A DNA stretch of 64,000 bases from UHGV virus genome UHGV-1332848; one strand, 5' to 3'. Shown here in pieces: positions 9,738 through 19,115 of this stretch; the first letter of the stretch is position 1, and each line of letters opens with the position of its first letter. The notes under the pieces were generated by a model, which was not told where the DNA came from, made no database searches, and was given only the letters and a program-made list of their open reading frames with translations. The translations under genes were made by a program, and so were the position numbers. Origin of the DNA: a virus.

Positions 9738-10701
9738 GGGATGTAGATCACATGTAGGATGTGGTTGGAAAGATGAAAATAACAACTATAAGTTTTACGG
9801 AAGATTTAATCAGGGTGTAATATCGTTGAATTTACCACAAATAGCAATTCTATCTAATGGAGATATTGAAACATTTTGGGATATACTTGACCAAAGATTA
9901 CAACTGTGTAAAGAAGCATTATTGGTTAGACATAATCATTTAATTGGAACTCTTTCAGATGTTTCACCTATTCATTGGCAACATGGAGCAATAGCCAGAC
10001 TAGATAAAGGAGAGAAGATAGATAAATTACTGCAAAATGGTTATTCTACACTTTCATTAGGGTATGTTGGTGTATGCGAGATGACATACGCTATGTTAGG
10101 TGTAAGTCATACGACACTTGAGGGTGAGAGGTTTGCTTTGGAAGTAATGAATCATATGAATGAAGCATGTCAAAAATGGAAAGATGAAACTGGATTAGGC
10201 TTCAGTCTATATGGCACTCCAGCAGAAAATTTAATATATAGATTTTGCAAACTAGACAAGCAAAGGTTCGGTAATATACCAAATGTAACAGATAAGTTAT
10301 ACTATACTAATTCTTATCATGTTCATGTTTGTGAAGAAATAGATGCATTTAGTAAATTAAAATTTGAATCTCAATTCCATAACATAAGCCTAGGTGGATG
10401 TATTTCTTATATAGAAGTTCCTGATATGAGCAAAAACTTAGATGCAATTGAACAAATTATAAACTTTATATATCACAATATACAATATGCAGAAATAAAT
10501 ACTAAACCAGATATCTGTTATAAATGTGGATTTACTGGTGAAATAAAGAATGATGATAACTTAGAATGGTATTGTCCTAATTGTGGCAATAGAGATGAGT
10601 CAGAAATGCAAGTAATGAGAAGAACTTGTGGTTATATAGGGACTAATTATTGGAATAAAGGAAGAACTGCTGAAATAAAAGATAGAGTAATTCATTTATA
10701 A
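9738..10701 (+). CDS. nrdD: anaerobic ribonucleoside-triphosphate reductase NrdD, exon 2
   Basis: Glycyl-radical motif RRTCGYIG near C-terminus; CPNCG zinc ribbon. The table ORF 9826-10701 is the in-frame tail of this exon. Confidence 0.75.
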
Positions 10702-10705
10702 GAAG

Positions 10706-11212
10706 GTGTTTTGTATGAATTATGCAGAAATTAAAAAGTTTGATATAGCTAATGCTCCAAAAGTTTGTTGTACAATATTTTTTAGTGGGTGTACTCATAA
10801 TTGCAAGGGATGCTTTAACAAAGAAGTACAAAATTTTAATTATGGAAAAGAATTTTCTAACGAGGTTATGAATTACTTCATAAGCAAAGCTAGTCATAAA
10901 CAGATTAAAAATATATGTATATTAGGAGGAGAACCGTTCCAGCAAGAAATTGATATAATGATTAATTTCCTTGAAAGGCTTAAAATTGAAGTTAAAAAAC
11001 CAATCTGGGTTTGGACGGGATATCTATACGAAGAGTTACTAAAAGACAGAAATAAAAATAGACTATTAAAATACATAGACGTTTTAATTGATGGTAGATT
11101 TGAATTGGATAAAAAAGATTTAAATTTAAGGTTTAGAGGTTCAAGTAATCAAAGAATTATAGATGTACAAAAAAGCCTTAAGCAAAATAGAATAATAGAA
11201 TTTTTATATTAA
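10706..11212 (+). CDS. nrdG: anaerobic RNR activating protein NrdG (radical SAM)
   Basis: CTHNCKGC radical-SAM cluster. Strong similarity to E. coli NrdG (FVSGCVHECPGC, IWVWTGY, RGSSNQ). Start may be MNYAEI. Confidence 0.85.
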   Translation: MFCMNYAEIKKFDIANAPKVCCTIFFSGCTHNCKGCFNKEVQNFNYGKEFSNEVMNYFISKASHKQIKNICILGGEPFQQEIDIMINFLERLKIEVKKPIWVWTGYLYEELLKDRNKNRLLKYIDVLIDGRFELDKKDLNLRFRGSSNQRIIDVQKSLKQNRIIEFLY

Positions 11213-11228
11213 AGGAGATTAAAAAAAT

Positions 11229-11711
11229 ATGTTTAAAATAATATTGGTGTTATGGTTTTTGAGATTTTTTATAAATCTATTTACAAACAATTTTACATTT
11301 AAATATTTATATAAAAGGTATTTAAAAAGTTTAGAGAGATACAATGTGACAAAAAGTGGTGATATAGACTCGATAGAGGAAGATGGTAAGATTGAGATAA
11401 TGTTAGAAAGGTTCTGTATAATCGTTGTTGGTATTTATAAGATTTTAATGCTAATAATTGGTTTAATAATGATGTTGACTATGGTTAAATACGATCCAAC
11501 ACTTATAACAAAGATATTTATACTTTTAAATATTACATATATAATTGTATCAATGATAAAAGCTAAATTTGCTAAAAAGAAAGATGATAATCTTATTGAA
11601 TCAACCAGAAAAACTATTTACGATATAGAAAGATTTTCTTTTTATAAGCTTATATGTAGACTTATAAATGTTTTATATTGGGGTTATGCAATATATCTAT
11701 TATTCTTCTAA
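11229..11711 (+). CDS. hypothetical membrane protein
   Basis: several hydrophobic helices. Confidence 0.4.
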   Translation: MFKIILVLWFLRFFINLFTNNFTFKYLYKRYLKSLERYNVTKSGDIDSIEEDGKIEIMLERFCIIVVGIYKILMLIIGLIMMLTMVKYDPTLITKIFILLNITYIIVSMIKAKFAKKKDDNLIESTRKTIYDIERFSFYKLICRLINVLYWGYAIYLLFF

Positions 11712-11830
11712 TAGAATATTTATTTAATAATTAATTAAAAACTTATTGACTTCCTTACAGTATGTGGTAAAATATAAATTGTAAGGAAGTTATTTCTTTA
11801 TAATCAATTAAATGAAAAGGAGAGGATGAA

Positions 11831-12316
11831 ATGAAGATTAGAATTAAATACTTTAATAATGCAACAAAATTACAAAAGATTGAGAAAGGTAACTGGATAG
11901 ACCTATATGCAAATGAAGATGTTTTTGTACCACAAGGAGAAAAAGCAATGATTCCATTGGGAATAGCTTTAGAGTTACCTAAAGGCTGGGAGGCACATGT
12001 AGTCCCAAGATCAAGCACATTCAAAACATGGGGAATAATACAAACTAATCACATGGGCGTAATTGATGATACGTATATAGGAGATAATGATATGTGGTGG
12101 TTTCCAGCCTATTGTTTAAAAGGTAAGGAACATAAGGTAGAAACTGAACCTCACTCTACAACATATCCATTGGGAGTTAAAGGAACTTGGATTAGAAAAG
12201 GGGATAAAATTTGCCAATTTAGAATAATGGAAATTATGCCTGAAATAGAATTTGAAGAAGTAGAACATTTTGGCAATGTTGATCGTTCAGGATTTGGTTC
12301 TACGGGAGCTAGGTAA
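11831..12316 (+). CDS. dut: dUTP diphosphatase (trimeric dUTPase)
   Basis: Motifs [20 protein letters not shown] and C-terminal RSGFGSTG; resembles SPbeta-type phage dUTPases. Confidence 0.9.
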   Translation: MKIRIKYFNNATKLQKIEKGNWIDLYANEDVFVPQGEKAMIPLGIALELPKGWEAHVVPRSSTFKTWGIIQTNHMGVIDDTYIGDNDMWWFPAYCLKGKEHKVETEPHSTTYPLGVKGTWIRKGDKICQFRIMEIMPEIEFEEVEHFGNVDRSGFGSTGAR

Positions 12317-12560
12317 TATGTATAATGCAAGAATATTAAATAATAAACTTCTATGTGGACATTGTGGAAGTAATAAAATATCTGGAATAAGAGATTATAA
12401 AGAGGTCTTTATGAACGATATCGCTTACACTATGTTTCAAGTAAAGTGTTACTCATGTAACTCTGATAATAGGTATTTAGCCGACGTTACTTTGGAAGGT
12501 ACAACTAGATATGAGATAAATCATAAAATAACTGACATGAAACAATACAATAATAATTAA
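12317..12560 (+). CDS. zinc-ribbon protein
   Basis: CGHCGS...CYSC. Started at MYNARIL rather than the table's overlapping 12270. Confidence 0.4.
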
Positions 12561-12589
12561 TTAAATAGTAGATTTATAAAGTAAGTAAG

Positions 12590-12907
12590 TTGATATTATT
12601 ACGAATCGTAATGGAGGTAGGAATGAAAAAAAGAGCAATGAAAAAATGGATACCCAAAGGTGCATATTGTCATGGAAATGGGACTAAAAAGCGTCCTAAT
12701 TGTAAATGGAGAAAGTATATAACCACTATAAAAAGGAATAAGAACAATTGCGAATATTCGAATGAATGCAACGAAGAGTGTTGGAGCAAACCTAATAACT
12801 CATGCTATCATGTGGTTTATAAATGTGAATATATGAAATACATTGATTGGACACAAGATAGTTTACTTTGGGACGCTTGTAAAGAATGTGGAATAAAAGA
12901 TTATTAA
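12590..12907 (+). CDS. Cys-rich protein
   Basis: many Cys (CHGNG...CKWRK...CEYSNECNEECW...). Confidence 0.4.
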   Translation: MILLRIVMEVGMKKRAMKKWIPKGAYCHGNGTKKRPNCKWRKYITTIKRNKNNCEYSNECNEECWSKPNNSCYHVVYKCEYMKYIDWTQDSLLWDACKECGIKDY

Positions 12908-12926
12908 TTCGAAATTTAGAAAAGGA

Positions 12927-13124
12927 GTGAATATATTGTTGGACAATATTTATGTTGGTTGTAAAAGATGTGACTATAAAAAAGTTGATGTAATGTCGGT
13001 CAGAGAAGAAACAGTAAAATATGAAGGCAAGGAAATTCCAACAGCAACAATAACTTATATATGTCCTAGCTGTGGATGGATTGAGGATGATGAACATTAT
13101 TTATATAAGAAGAAAGTGAAATAA
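12927..13124 (+). CDS. zinc-ribbon protein
   Basis: CKRCD...CPSCG. Confidence 0.45.
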   Translation: MNILLDNIYVGCKRCDYKKVDVMSVREETVKYEGKEIPTATITYICPSCGWIEDDEHYLYKKKVK

Positions 13125-13203
13125 TTGAAGATATGAAAAGACTAAAAGGTATCTCGGAAATATTAATAACTATGAAAAATATTATTGAAAATGAGGATTA
13201 ACT

Positions 13204-13380
13204 ATGATTGATGATGTTGATAGAAATAAACAATTTAAAAGCACAGTGAAGTATAATGGTTTGACTTATTTAGAAGATATTCTAAAAATCATAACAAACA
13301 TGTCAGATGAGGAGTTTATAGAATATATAGATGTGGTTATTAACAAAAATGATAATTGGAGGATTAAAAATGAAATATGA
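13204..13380 (+). CDS. small hypothetical protein (58 aa), not in ORF table
   Basis: ATG after GAGGA; ends overlapping the phosphatase start. Confidence 0.3.
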   Translation: MIDDVDRNKQFKSTVKYNGLTYLEDILKIITNMSDEEFIEYIDVVINKNDNWRIKNEI

Positions 13381-13939
13381 GATACAAATACTTAGCAAAG
13401 ATGAAATGACTTTGTTTTCAACTAAAGATTTAGCCAAAGATTATATTGTAATATCAATAAATGACACAGGATACAATACAGTAATTTATAAAAACAAACA
13501 TATAGTAGATAGGTTAAAGTTATGGTTTGACGATATTTTCTTAAAGGAACATGAAGATGAAGATTTAAAATTAATGATACCAACAGATGCACAAAAGATA
13601 AAGAATTTTATAGATACATATAAGAATAAAATAAATAATATTATAGTTCATTGTACTGCTGGAATAAGTAGAAGCGGAGCTGTAGGTTGTGCTTTATCTA
13701 GGTATTTAAATGGGGATGACGAATATTTATTAGCAACAGGAAAATACATCCCTAATAAACACGTTTATAAATTAATGTGTGAAGTATTGGGTTTAGATTA
13801 TTCAGAAGAAATGTTTAAAGAGAAGCTAAGGATAAGAAATAAAGGTAATAGAAGCAATTTAAAGGGTTACGGGGATTATGGTATAGATTTGAATGATATG
13901 TTTTGCGATGTGACAATAAAGGAGGATTTAAATGAGTAG
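13370..13939 (+). CDS. dual-specificity/tyrosine protein phosphatase (CX5R)
   Basis: Active-site signature HCTAGISRSG. Started at MKYEIQ (RBS GGAGGATTAAAA) rather than table start 13331. Confidence 0.7.
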   Translation: MKYEIQILSKDEMTLFSTKDLAKDYIVISINDTGYNTVIYKNKHIVDRLKLWFDDIFLKEHEDEDLKLMIPTDAQKIKNFIDTYKNKINNIIVHCTAGISRSGAVGCALSRYLNGDDEYLLATGKYIPNKHVYKLMCEVLGLDYSEEMFKEKLRIRNKGNRSNLKGYGDYGIDLNDMFCDVTIKEDLNE

Positions 13940-14093
13940 ATTAGATTTTGAATTGAAGATAGCAGATTTATTAGATGAAGCTAATGGTAAATTAAAAAGC
14001 GAAGATTTCAATAAGTTATTAGCTAACTTGAAGGAGGTTGTCGAGGACTATGAATAATGTAGCAATAGAATGTAGTAAGGTAGGTGAGAGAAC

Positions 14094-14315
14094 TTGATTA
14101 ATAAAAGATTAGAAGAATTACTTAGAATAAATAACAGACAAGACTTTGAAAGTAAATTTCTTATAAATGGTGACAGTTCCTGTGCTTTTCTTCGTACCAA
14201 AGATGGAGATTTTGAATGTGAGTGCCCTTGGATAAAGAGATGTAATCCTAAAGATGATTGCATGGAATGTTGGGAAAATGCAATACAAAACTCAAAATTT
14301 AATGGGGAATATTAG
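14094..14315 (+). CDS. Cys-rich small protein
   Basis: CAF...CECPWIKRCNPKDDCMEC. Confidence 0.4.
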   Translation: MINKRLEELLRINNRQDFESKFLINGDSSCAFLRTKDGDFECECPWIKRCNPKDDCMECWENAIQNSKFNGEY

Positions 14316-14744
14316 TTTATAATACAAATAATTAAACGCAAATGGTGTTTATTACGCATTAAATGGAGGGAGTTTACGAGATATAAATACTAACCATGTT
14401 TATGGTAGCTCTGTTGTTAGTTATAAGAAAATAAATTAATTTGTATTTTAAAGATAGGAGGATAAGAATGGTAGAAGTGAAGAAGATAGAGAAAAAATAA
14501 CAGAAATTAAAGTTTCTAATAAACAGAATAGATTTTTTATAGAACAATTGAAGTTTATAGGAGCAATACCGACAAAAGAAAGTAGTAGATATACGTATTT
14601 TAGATTTAATGGGGATTTTGCAGAGTGTAGAAAGTATTTAGGAATTGAATAGTTCATCATTCAAAAATATTATGTAGTAACTAGGTGAATTTATGAATTT
14701 TAAATTAATATTTATTTTATTGCAAATTAGAAAGGAGATTTTAA

Positions 14745-14945
14745 ATGATAAAATTTGATGTAATTATAACTAATGGTTATATAGATAGAGACACTATATA
14801 TAATAAGTGTAATGAAGGATGGAACTTTGTTGTTACTTTACCAGCAAAGGCTTTACACCCTAATGCTTTAGAAACAGATAAAGCAACGATATTTTCTAAA
14901 TATATAAAACCAACTATAGAGGAATTGTCAAACACTGAAGCATAG
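14745..14945 (+). CDS. hypothetical protein
   Basis: RBS AAAGGAGA upstream. Confidence 0.4.
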   Translation: MIKFDVIITNGYIDRDTIYNKCNEGWNFVVTLPAKALHPNALETDKATIFSKYIKPTIEELSNTEA

Positions 14946-15074
14946 TTAATGAATAATACATATAAAGAAAGCAAATACCGTATTTAGTATATAAATAAAA
15001 TTCAGACACAATATATGGTATATAAAAGTTTATAAAACTAAGATTTTAATAATTAATTGAAAGGAGATAAAGTT

Positions 15075-15260
15075 ATGAAGATAATAGCAATAGATAATTT
15101 TGATAGAGATTGGGTGAGCGATACTCTTATTTGTGAAAATATAAATGAATATTATGGTAAAATAATTGTTGATTATTTAAACGAAAAAGAAGGTGAAAAA
15201 TCTCAAAATTTCTATGTTTTAAAGGAAGATGATTATAAATTATATGTATATGAAGATTAA
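15075..15260 (+). CDS. hypothetical protein
   Basis: RBS AAGGAGATAAAGTT then ATG (MKIIAID). Confidence 0.4.
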   Translation: MKIIAIDNFDRDWVSDTLICENINEYYGKIIVDYLNEKEGEKSQNFYVLKEDDYKLYVYED

Positions 15261-15277
15261 TTAAAGAGGTAATTACT

Positions 15278-15466
15278 ATGATTGTAATATGTCGAGAATG
15301 GAATATACTTACAGATGTAGGAAAAACATATGAAGTAATAAAAATCATAGAGGATGAATATGGCGATAGATGGTATAAAATAAAGGATATCAAATATGGT
15401 TCAATTGCTACATGGTGTTTTGACATTATAGATTCGACTATATATCCGCAGGTGGAAACATGCTAA
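15278..15466 (+). CDS. hypothetical protein
   Basis: ORF with RBS GAGGTAATTACT. Confidence 0.4.
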   Translation: MIVICREWNILTDVGKTYEVIKIIEDEYGDRWYKIKDIKYGSIATWCFDIIDSTIYPQVETC

Positions 15467-15511
15467 TTTTTAAGAGTATAACCATTTACTAAATTTTAGG
15501 AGGAGTAATAA

Positions 15512-15733
15512 ATGATAACAATAGCTTATCAATCAATACAATATTTAGATATTGAAATAGAGGGGTTAACCGAAGAAGATATTAAAGATATGTCAGATGA
15601 TGAAGTTATGAAACTGGTTGAAGATACATATGTACACAACGAAAGAGATGATTTTTCTTGTAGTGAAAACATTATAGAAAGACATGAAATATTAAATGAA
15701 AATGACGAATCTATACGATATATTGAGAGGTGA
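15512..15733 (+). CDS. small acidic protein
   Basis: high Asp/Glu content; RBS AGGAGGAG. Confidence 0.45.
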   Translation: MITIAYQSIQYLDIEIEGLTEEDIKDMSDDEVMKLVEDTYVHNERDDFSCSENIIERHEILNENDESIRYIER

Positions 15734-15987
15734 ATTTTATGAATATGGATATAATTTATGTAGTTTATTTTGATGAAGAAATGTATAAAGACAGAGGGAG
15801 AAAATCAACCTATTTGAAGCTAGGAAGTGCAAAACAAATAGTTAGTTCAGATTCTAAATATATCGCTCAACGTATGTGTGAAAATGAGAAAATTGATTGG
15901 TATGATTTAGGCAAAGAACAAAGGGAAGAATGGTTGGATAAAGCAAAACAAAGGTTTGAAATTAAAGAATTTATAGAGAGGGTGTAA
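15730..15987 (+). CDS. hypothetical protein
   Basis: overlapping start/stop coupling. Confidence 0.4.
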   Translation: MNFMNMDIIYVVYFDEEMYKDRGRKSTYLKLGSAKQIVSSDSKYIAQRMCENEKIDWYDLGKEQREEWLDKAKQRFEIKEFIERV

Positions 15988-15992
15988 GTTAT

Positions 15993-16376
15993 ATGAAAGA
16001 GGAATGGATAGTTGAATTAACCGAAAGTGATAGTGAAATATGGAGTTCTGACATTGATTGTGATAGTAGAGAAGAAGCAATTCAAGAAGGAATGAAATGT
16101 GCTAAAGATGATGGTTTAAAATCTTTTAGAATAGGTAGAGTTATTCCTTGCGGAATCCCGAATATAGATACTGATTGGCTCTTGGAAAAAGCACAAGAGG
16201 AATTATATGATGAAGTAGGTGAATCATCAGAAGTATATTTAGATGGGGTTAGCAAAGAACAAATTGAAGAATTAGATGAACAACTTAACGAGGTTTTTTA
16301 TCAATGGCATAAAAAACATAAGTTAGAGCCTGATTGCTATACAGTTGTTAATGACGAGGTTATTGAGGTGGAGTAA
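15993..16376 (+). CDS. strongly acidic protein (possible DNA mimic)
   Basis: very high D/E fraction throughout (ESDSEIWSSDIDCDSREE, EELDEQLNE). Confidence 0.45.
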   Translation: MKEEWIVELTESDSEIWSSDIDCDSREEAIQEGMKCAKDDGLKSFRIGRVIPCGIPNIDTDWLLEKAQEELYDEVGESSEVYLDGVSKEQIEELDEQLNEVFYQWHKKHKLEPDCYTVVNDEVIEVE

Positions 16377-16835
16377 ATGAGTAAATTGTTTTATTGTCCA
16401 GAATGTAAATCCGAGGATGCTGAATTTAAATTTAAAAATGAATCAGAAAGAAGAAGGTTATTAATATGGATAAATACTAGGGGTGGTTATGGTAGAGTTA
16501 TAGAACATATAAGATGCCCTAAGTGTGATAACCCTTTGAGTGGTGTAATGTTGTTATTAAAAGATAAAGATTTTGATGATAATTATACAGAAATTGATTA
16601 CTGTAAAGATTTAATAACCGCATATAATACAGAAATAAAAGATGGTGGGTACTTAGTTGGTGATTTGGATTGTTTAAAATCAAAGCTGATAGCTAAAAAT
16701 GAAAAGAGAAATAAAAAGGAAGCTACACCATTAACAGAAGAGAAAAAGAAAATCCTTAAAGATTTAATGGGTAGTGCATCTAATCAACAAATAGATTTTA
16801 ATAAAGTTAGAGATGAGTGGAGGGATAATAGATGA
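16377..16835 (+). CDS. zinc-ribbon protein
   Basis: CPECK...CPKCD. Confidence 0.45.
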   Translation: MSKLFYCPECKSEDAEFKFKNESERRRLLIWINTRGGYGRVIEHIRCPKCDNPLSGVMLLLKDKDFDDNYTEIDYCKDLITAYNTEIKDGGYLVGDLDCLKSKLIAKNEKRNKKEATPLTEEKKKILKDLMGSASNQQIDFNKVRDEWRDNR

Positions 16836-17029
16836 GCGTTTTTAGTAAATTAATGACTATGATGGGATTGATAGGTATATATTTTATCGCTTTTACAATT
16901 GTTTCTTCGGTTTATATATTCATCAACATACTAATTCCTAATTTATCAACAACTATCGTTTGTTTGGTTATAACATTTTTATTATTAAAGAAGTTTATAA
17001 TAAAAGTTTGTGACGAATTAGAAAAATGA
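16832..17029 (+). CDS. small membrane protein
   Basis: two hydrophobic helices. Confidence 0.35.
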   Translation: MSVFSKLMTMMGLIGIYFIAFTIVSSVYIFINILIPNLSTTIVCLVITFLLLKKFIIKVCDELEK

Positions 17030-17088
17030 ATAATAGATAAAATTCGTGTTTTAATTAAAAAATGTAAGTTTGATAAGAGGGGTATAAC

Positions 17089-17289
17089 ATGGAGAAAACA
17101 AAAGACCGATTGCTTTATAATATATGTTTATTAGAAACATATAAAGAAATTTTTGAAGATTATGGTTACACTAAAGAACGAGTGGATGAAGTTATGGATA
17201 TCCTAGATAAAGAATTATCATTAATTTATAGAGTTATGTGTGACGAAAAGTGGGACTTTGAAGACAGTGATTATAAAAAGGAGAAATAA
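17089..17289 (+). CDS. hypothetical protein
   Basis: RBS AAGAGGGG upstream. Confidence 0.4.
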   Translation: MEKTKDRLLYNICLLETYKEIFEDYGYTKERVDEVMDILDKELSLIYRVMCDEKWDFEDSDYKKEK

Positions 17290-17291
17290 AT

Positions 17292-17681
17292 ATGAGATTG
17301 TCAGAAGTGGAAAATATTCAAAATGAAATTATAACCAAAAGTGGCGTTCAAACTTGTTTTGAAAGAATATTAATTGATATATACAAAGGACGAAAAGGAA
17401 AGAAACCGAAATATTATCATAGAGGTACTGAGGTTGAAATTGATGTAATTAAAGATGACATAGAAAAGATAGCTTATTGTGACCGTTGTATGATTTGCGT
17501 TCCTGATGAAATAGCTAAAGTGAAATGTAATAAATGCGGTAATGAAATATCTTGGATACAAGGATATAAATTGAAAAATAAAAAATATTATTTATACTCA
17601 GATAATGAATGGAGTGGGTTTAATAAAGATTATACATCCACAAGATCAAATGAAATGATTAGATATGAGGGGGAAATATGA
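17292..17681 (+). CDS. zinc-ribbon protein
   Basis: CDRC...CNKCGN. Confidence 0.45.
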   Translation: MRLSEVENIQNEIITKSGVQTCFERILIDIYKGRKGKKPKYYHRGTEVEIDVIKDDIEKIAYCDRCMICVPDEIAKVKCNKCGNEISWIQGYKLKNKKYYLYSDNEWSGFNKDYTSTRSNEMIRYEGEI

Positions 17682-18151
17682 GAAGAAAAATAATGGCATT
17701 AGTAACTAATAAAAATATTAAAGAAGGAGAAGTATATATTTCTCGCCACCATAATAAAGATAACGATACTGAAATGATAAGGCTTGGAAGTATGGATAGT
17801 CCCAAATACATATATGAACCTACATCTAATTTTAAAGAACTACCAAGAGATGTAGCATTTTATGAATTTGAAAATAACGATTATTATTTGTTAGCACTAG
17901 TTGATAGATTAGAAAGTAATAAAAGCAAAAAGGCAATGGAGATATATTGGAAATATATAGGCGATGGGGACTTTGATAATTTTGATTCATTCTATTGTCA
18001 AAGTGGAATTTACCCTATAGAAATAACAGAGGAGACAGCATTGCTAAAATGGTATAGTGTAAATAAAAAGGAAACTGTAGAAAAAGCTCATAGAGAATTT
18101 TATATAAACTTAGAGGATGATGCATTGCTAATAGATGGAGACTTACTATAA
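17678..18151 (+). CDS. hypothetical protein
   Basis: overlap-coupled ORF. Confidence 0.45.
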   Translation: MRRKIMALVTNKNIKEGEVYISRHHNKDNDTEMIRLGSMDSPKYIYEPTSNFKELPRDVAFYEFENNDYYLLALVDRLESNKSKKAMEIYWKYIGDGDFDNFDSFYCQSGIYPIEITEETALLKWYSVNKKETVEKAHREFYINLEDDALLIDGDLL

Positions 18152-18163
18152 AGGAGTGATTTA

Positions 18164-18553
18164 ATGAGAATTATAATAGCAGGTTCAAGAGATTTTAATG
18201 ACTACAATAAACTTAAATCAGAAACATTAAAAATAATCAATGAATTGAATTTCAAAGATTATAATACAAAAAGAGAAAATGTAGAAATAATTAGTGGTAC
18301 TGCAAGAGGGGCTGACCAATTAGGTGAAAGATTTGCTAAAGAATACAAATTAAACTTGGTTAAGTTTCCTGCCAATTGGGATAGCTTCGGAAAGCGAGCT
18401 GGTTATTTAAGAAATGCCGAAATGAGTAAATATGCTAAACAAGATGCAGAATTAGGTGTATTGATAGCGTTTTGGAATGGGAGTAAAGGAACTAAACATA
18501 TGATAGATTTAGCGACCAAAGATGGTTTGAAAGTTTATGTTGTGAAATTTTAA
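18164..18553 (+). CDS. DUF2493/SLOG-family Rossmann protein
   Basis: MRIIIAGSRDF...ISGTARGADQLGERFA...FPANWDSFGKRAGYLRNAEM matches the conserved DUF2493 blocks (GSR, GxARGAD, HPADW..GKxAGxxRN). Confidence 0.6.
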   Translation: MRIIIAGSRDFNDYNKLKSETLKIINELNFKDYNTKRENVEIISGTARGADQLGERFAKEYKLNLVKFPANWDSFGKRAGYLRNAEMSKYAKQDAELGVLIAFWNGSKGTKHMIDLATKDGLKVYVVKF

Positions 18554-18558
18554 GAGAG

Positions 18559-19074
18559 GTGATTATCATTAATAAAATACAATTGCAAATAAAAATCAAA
18601 AGATTAAAAAGAAGGTTAATTGAAAAGTGGTATAAATTAGTTAAACCATTAGCTAATTTAATAGATAAAGTAGACAGTATAAAAGATAAAATACACAACA
18701 AGAAAGTAGAGAATATAACTATTGAAAAAGCATCTAAGTTACTTTCCAAGACTATCATCAAAGATTTGGTCAGACATTCTTCGGTAGATGGGTACGAAAT
18801 TGAATTAGAGGTAGCTAAAAGGAGTCAAGAATATTGCGGTGATACCGTTTTAGAATATATTAATAAATTTACGAACAATAAGTACTTAAAAACTTGGGCT
18901 TGGAGAGTTAAAGATGAGGACAAAGTTAATCATTGTAAAACTTTGGCTGAAATATTAATACATGGAGATTTAAAGAAATCTGGAGTTTCTATAAAAGTCT
19001 ATAAAAGAGATTACGGAATATACAAACATAGGATCCCAGAAGACTACCAATATACAATACAGATAAGTTTATAA
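18559..19074 (+). CDS. hypothetical protein
   Basis: ORF with RBS GAGAGGTG. Confidence 0.4.
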   Translation: MIIINKIQLQIKIKRLKRRLIEKWYKLVKPLANLIDKVDSIKDKIHNKKVENITIEKASKLLSKTIIKDLVRHSSVDGYEIELEVAKRSQEYCGDTVLEYINKFTNNKYLKTWAWRVKDEDKVNHCKTLAEILIHGDLKKSGVSIKVYKRDYGIYKHRIPEDYQYTIQISL

Positions 19075-19115
19075 AATGTGGATTTCAATAATTAATTAAA
19101 GGAGTGGATTATAAA

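Noticed and set aside
9826-10701. Table ORF presented as an independent 291-aa gene starting at TTG
   Set aside because: Its frame is open upstream to 9730. Its N-terminal extension (WGCRSHVG...GRFNQGVISLNLP) is conserved NrdD sequence. It is therefore exon 2 of the intron-split nrdD, not a separate gene.
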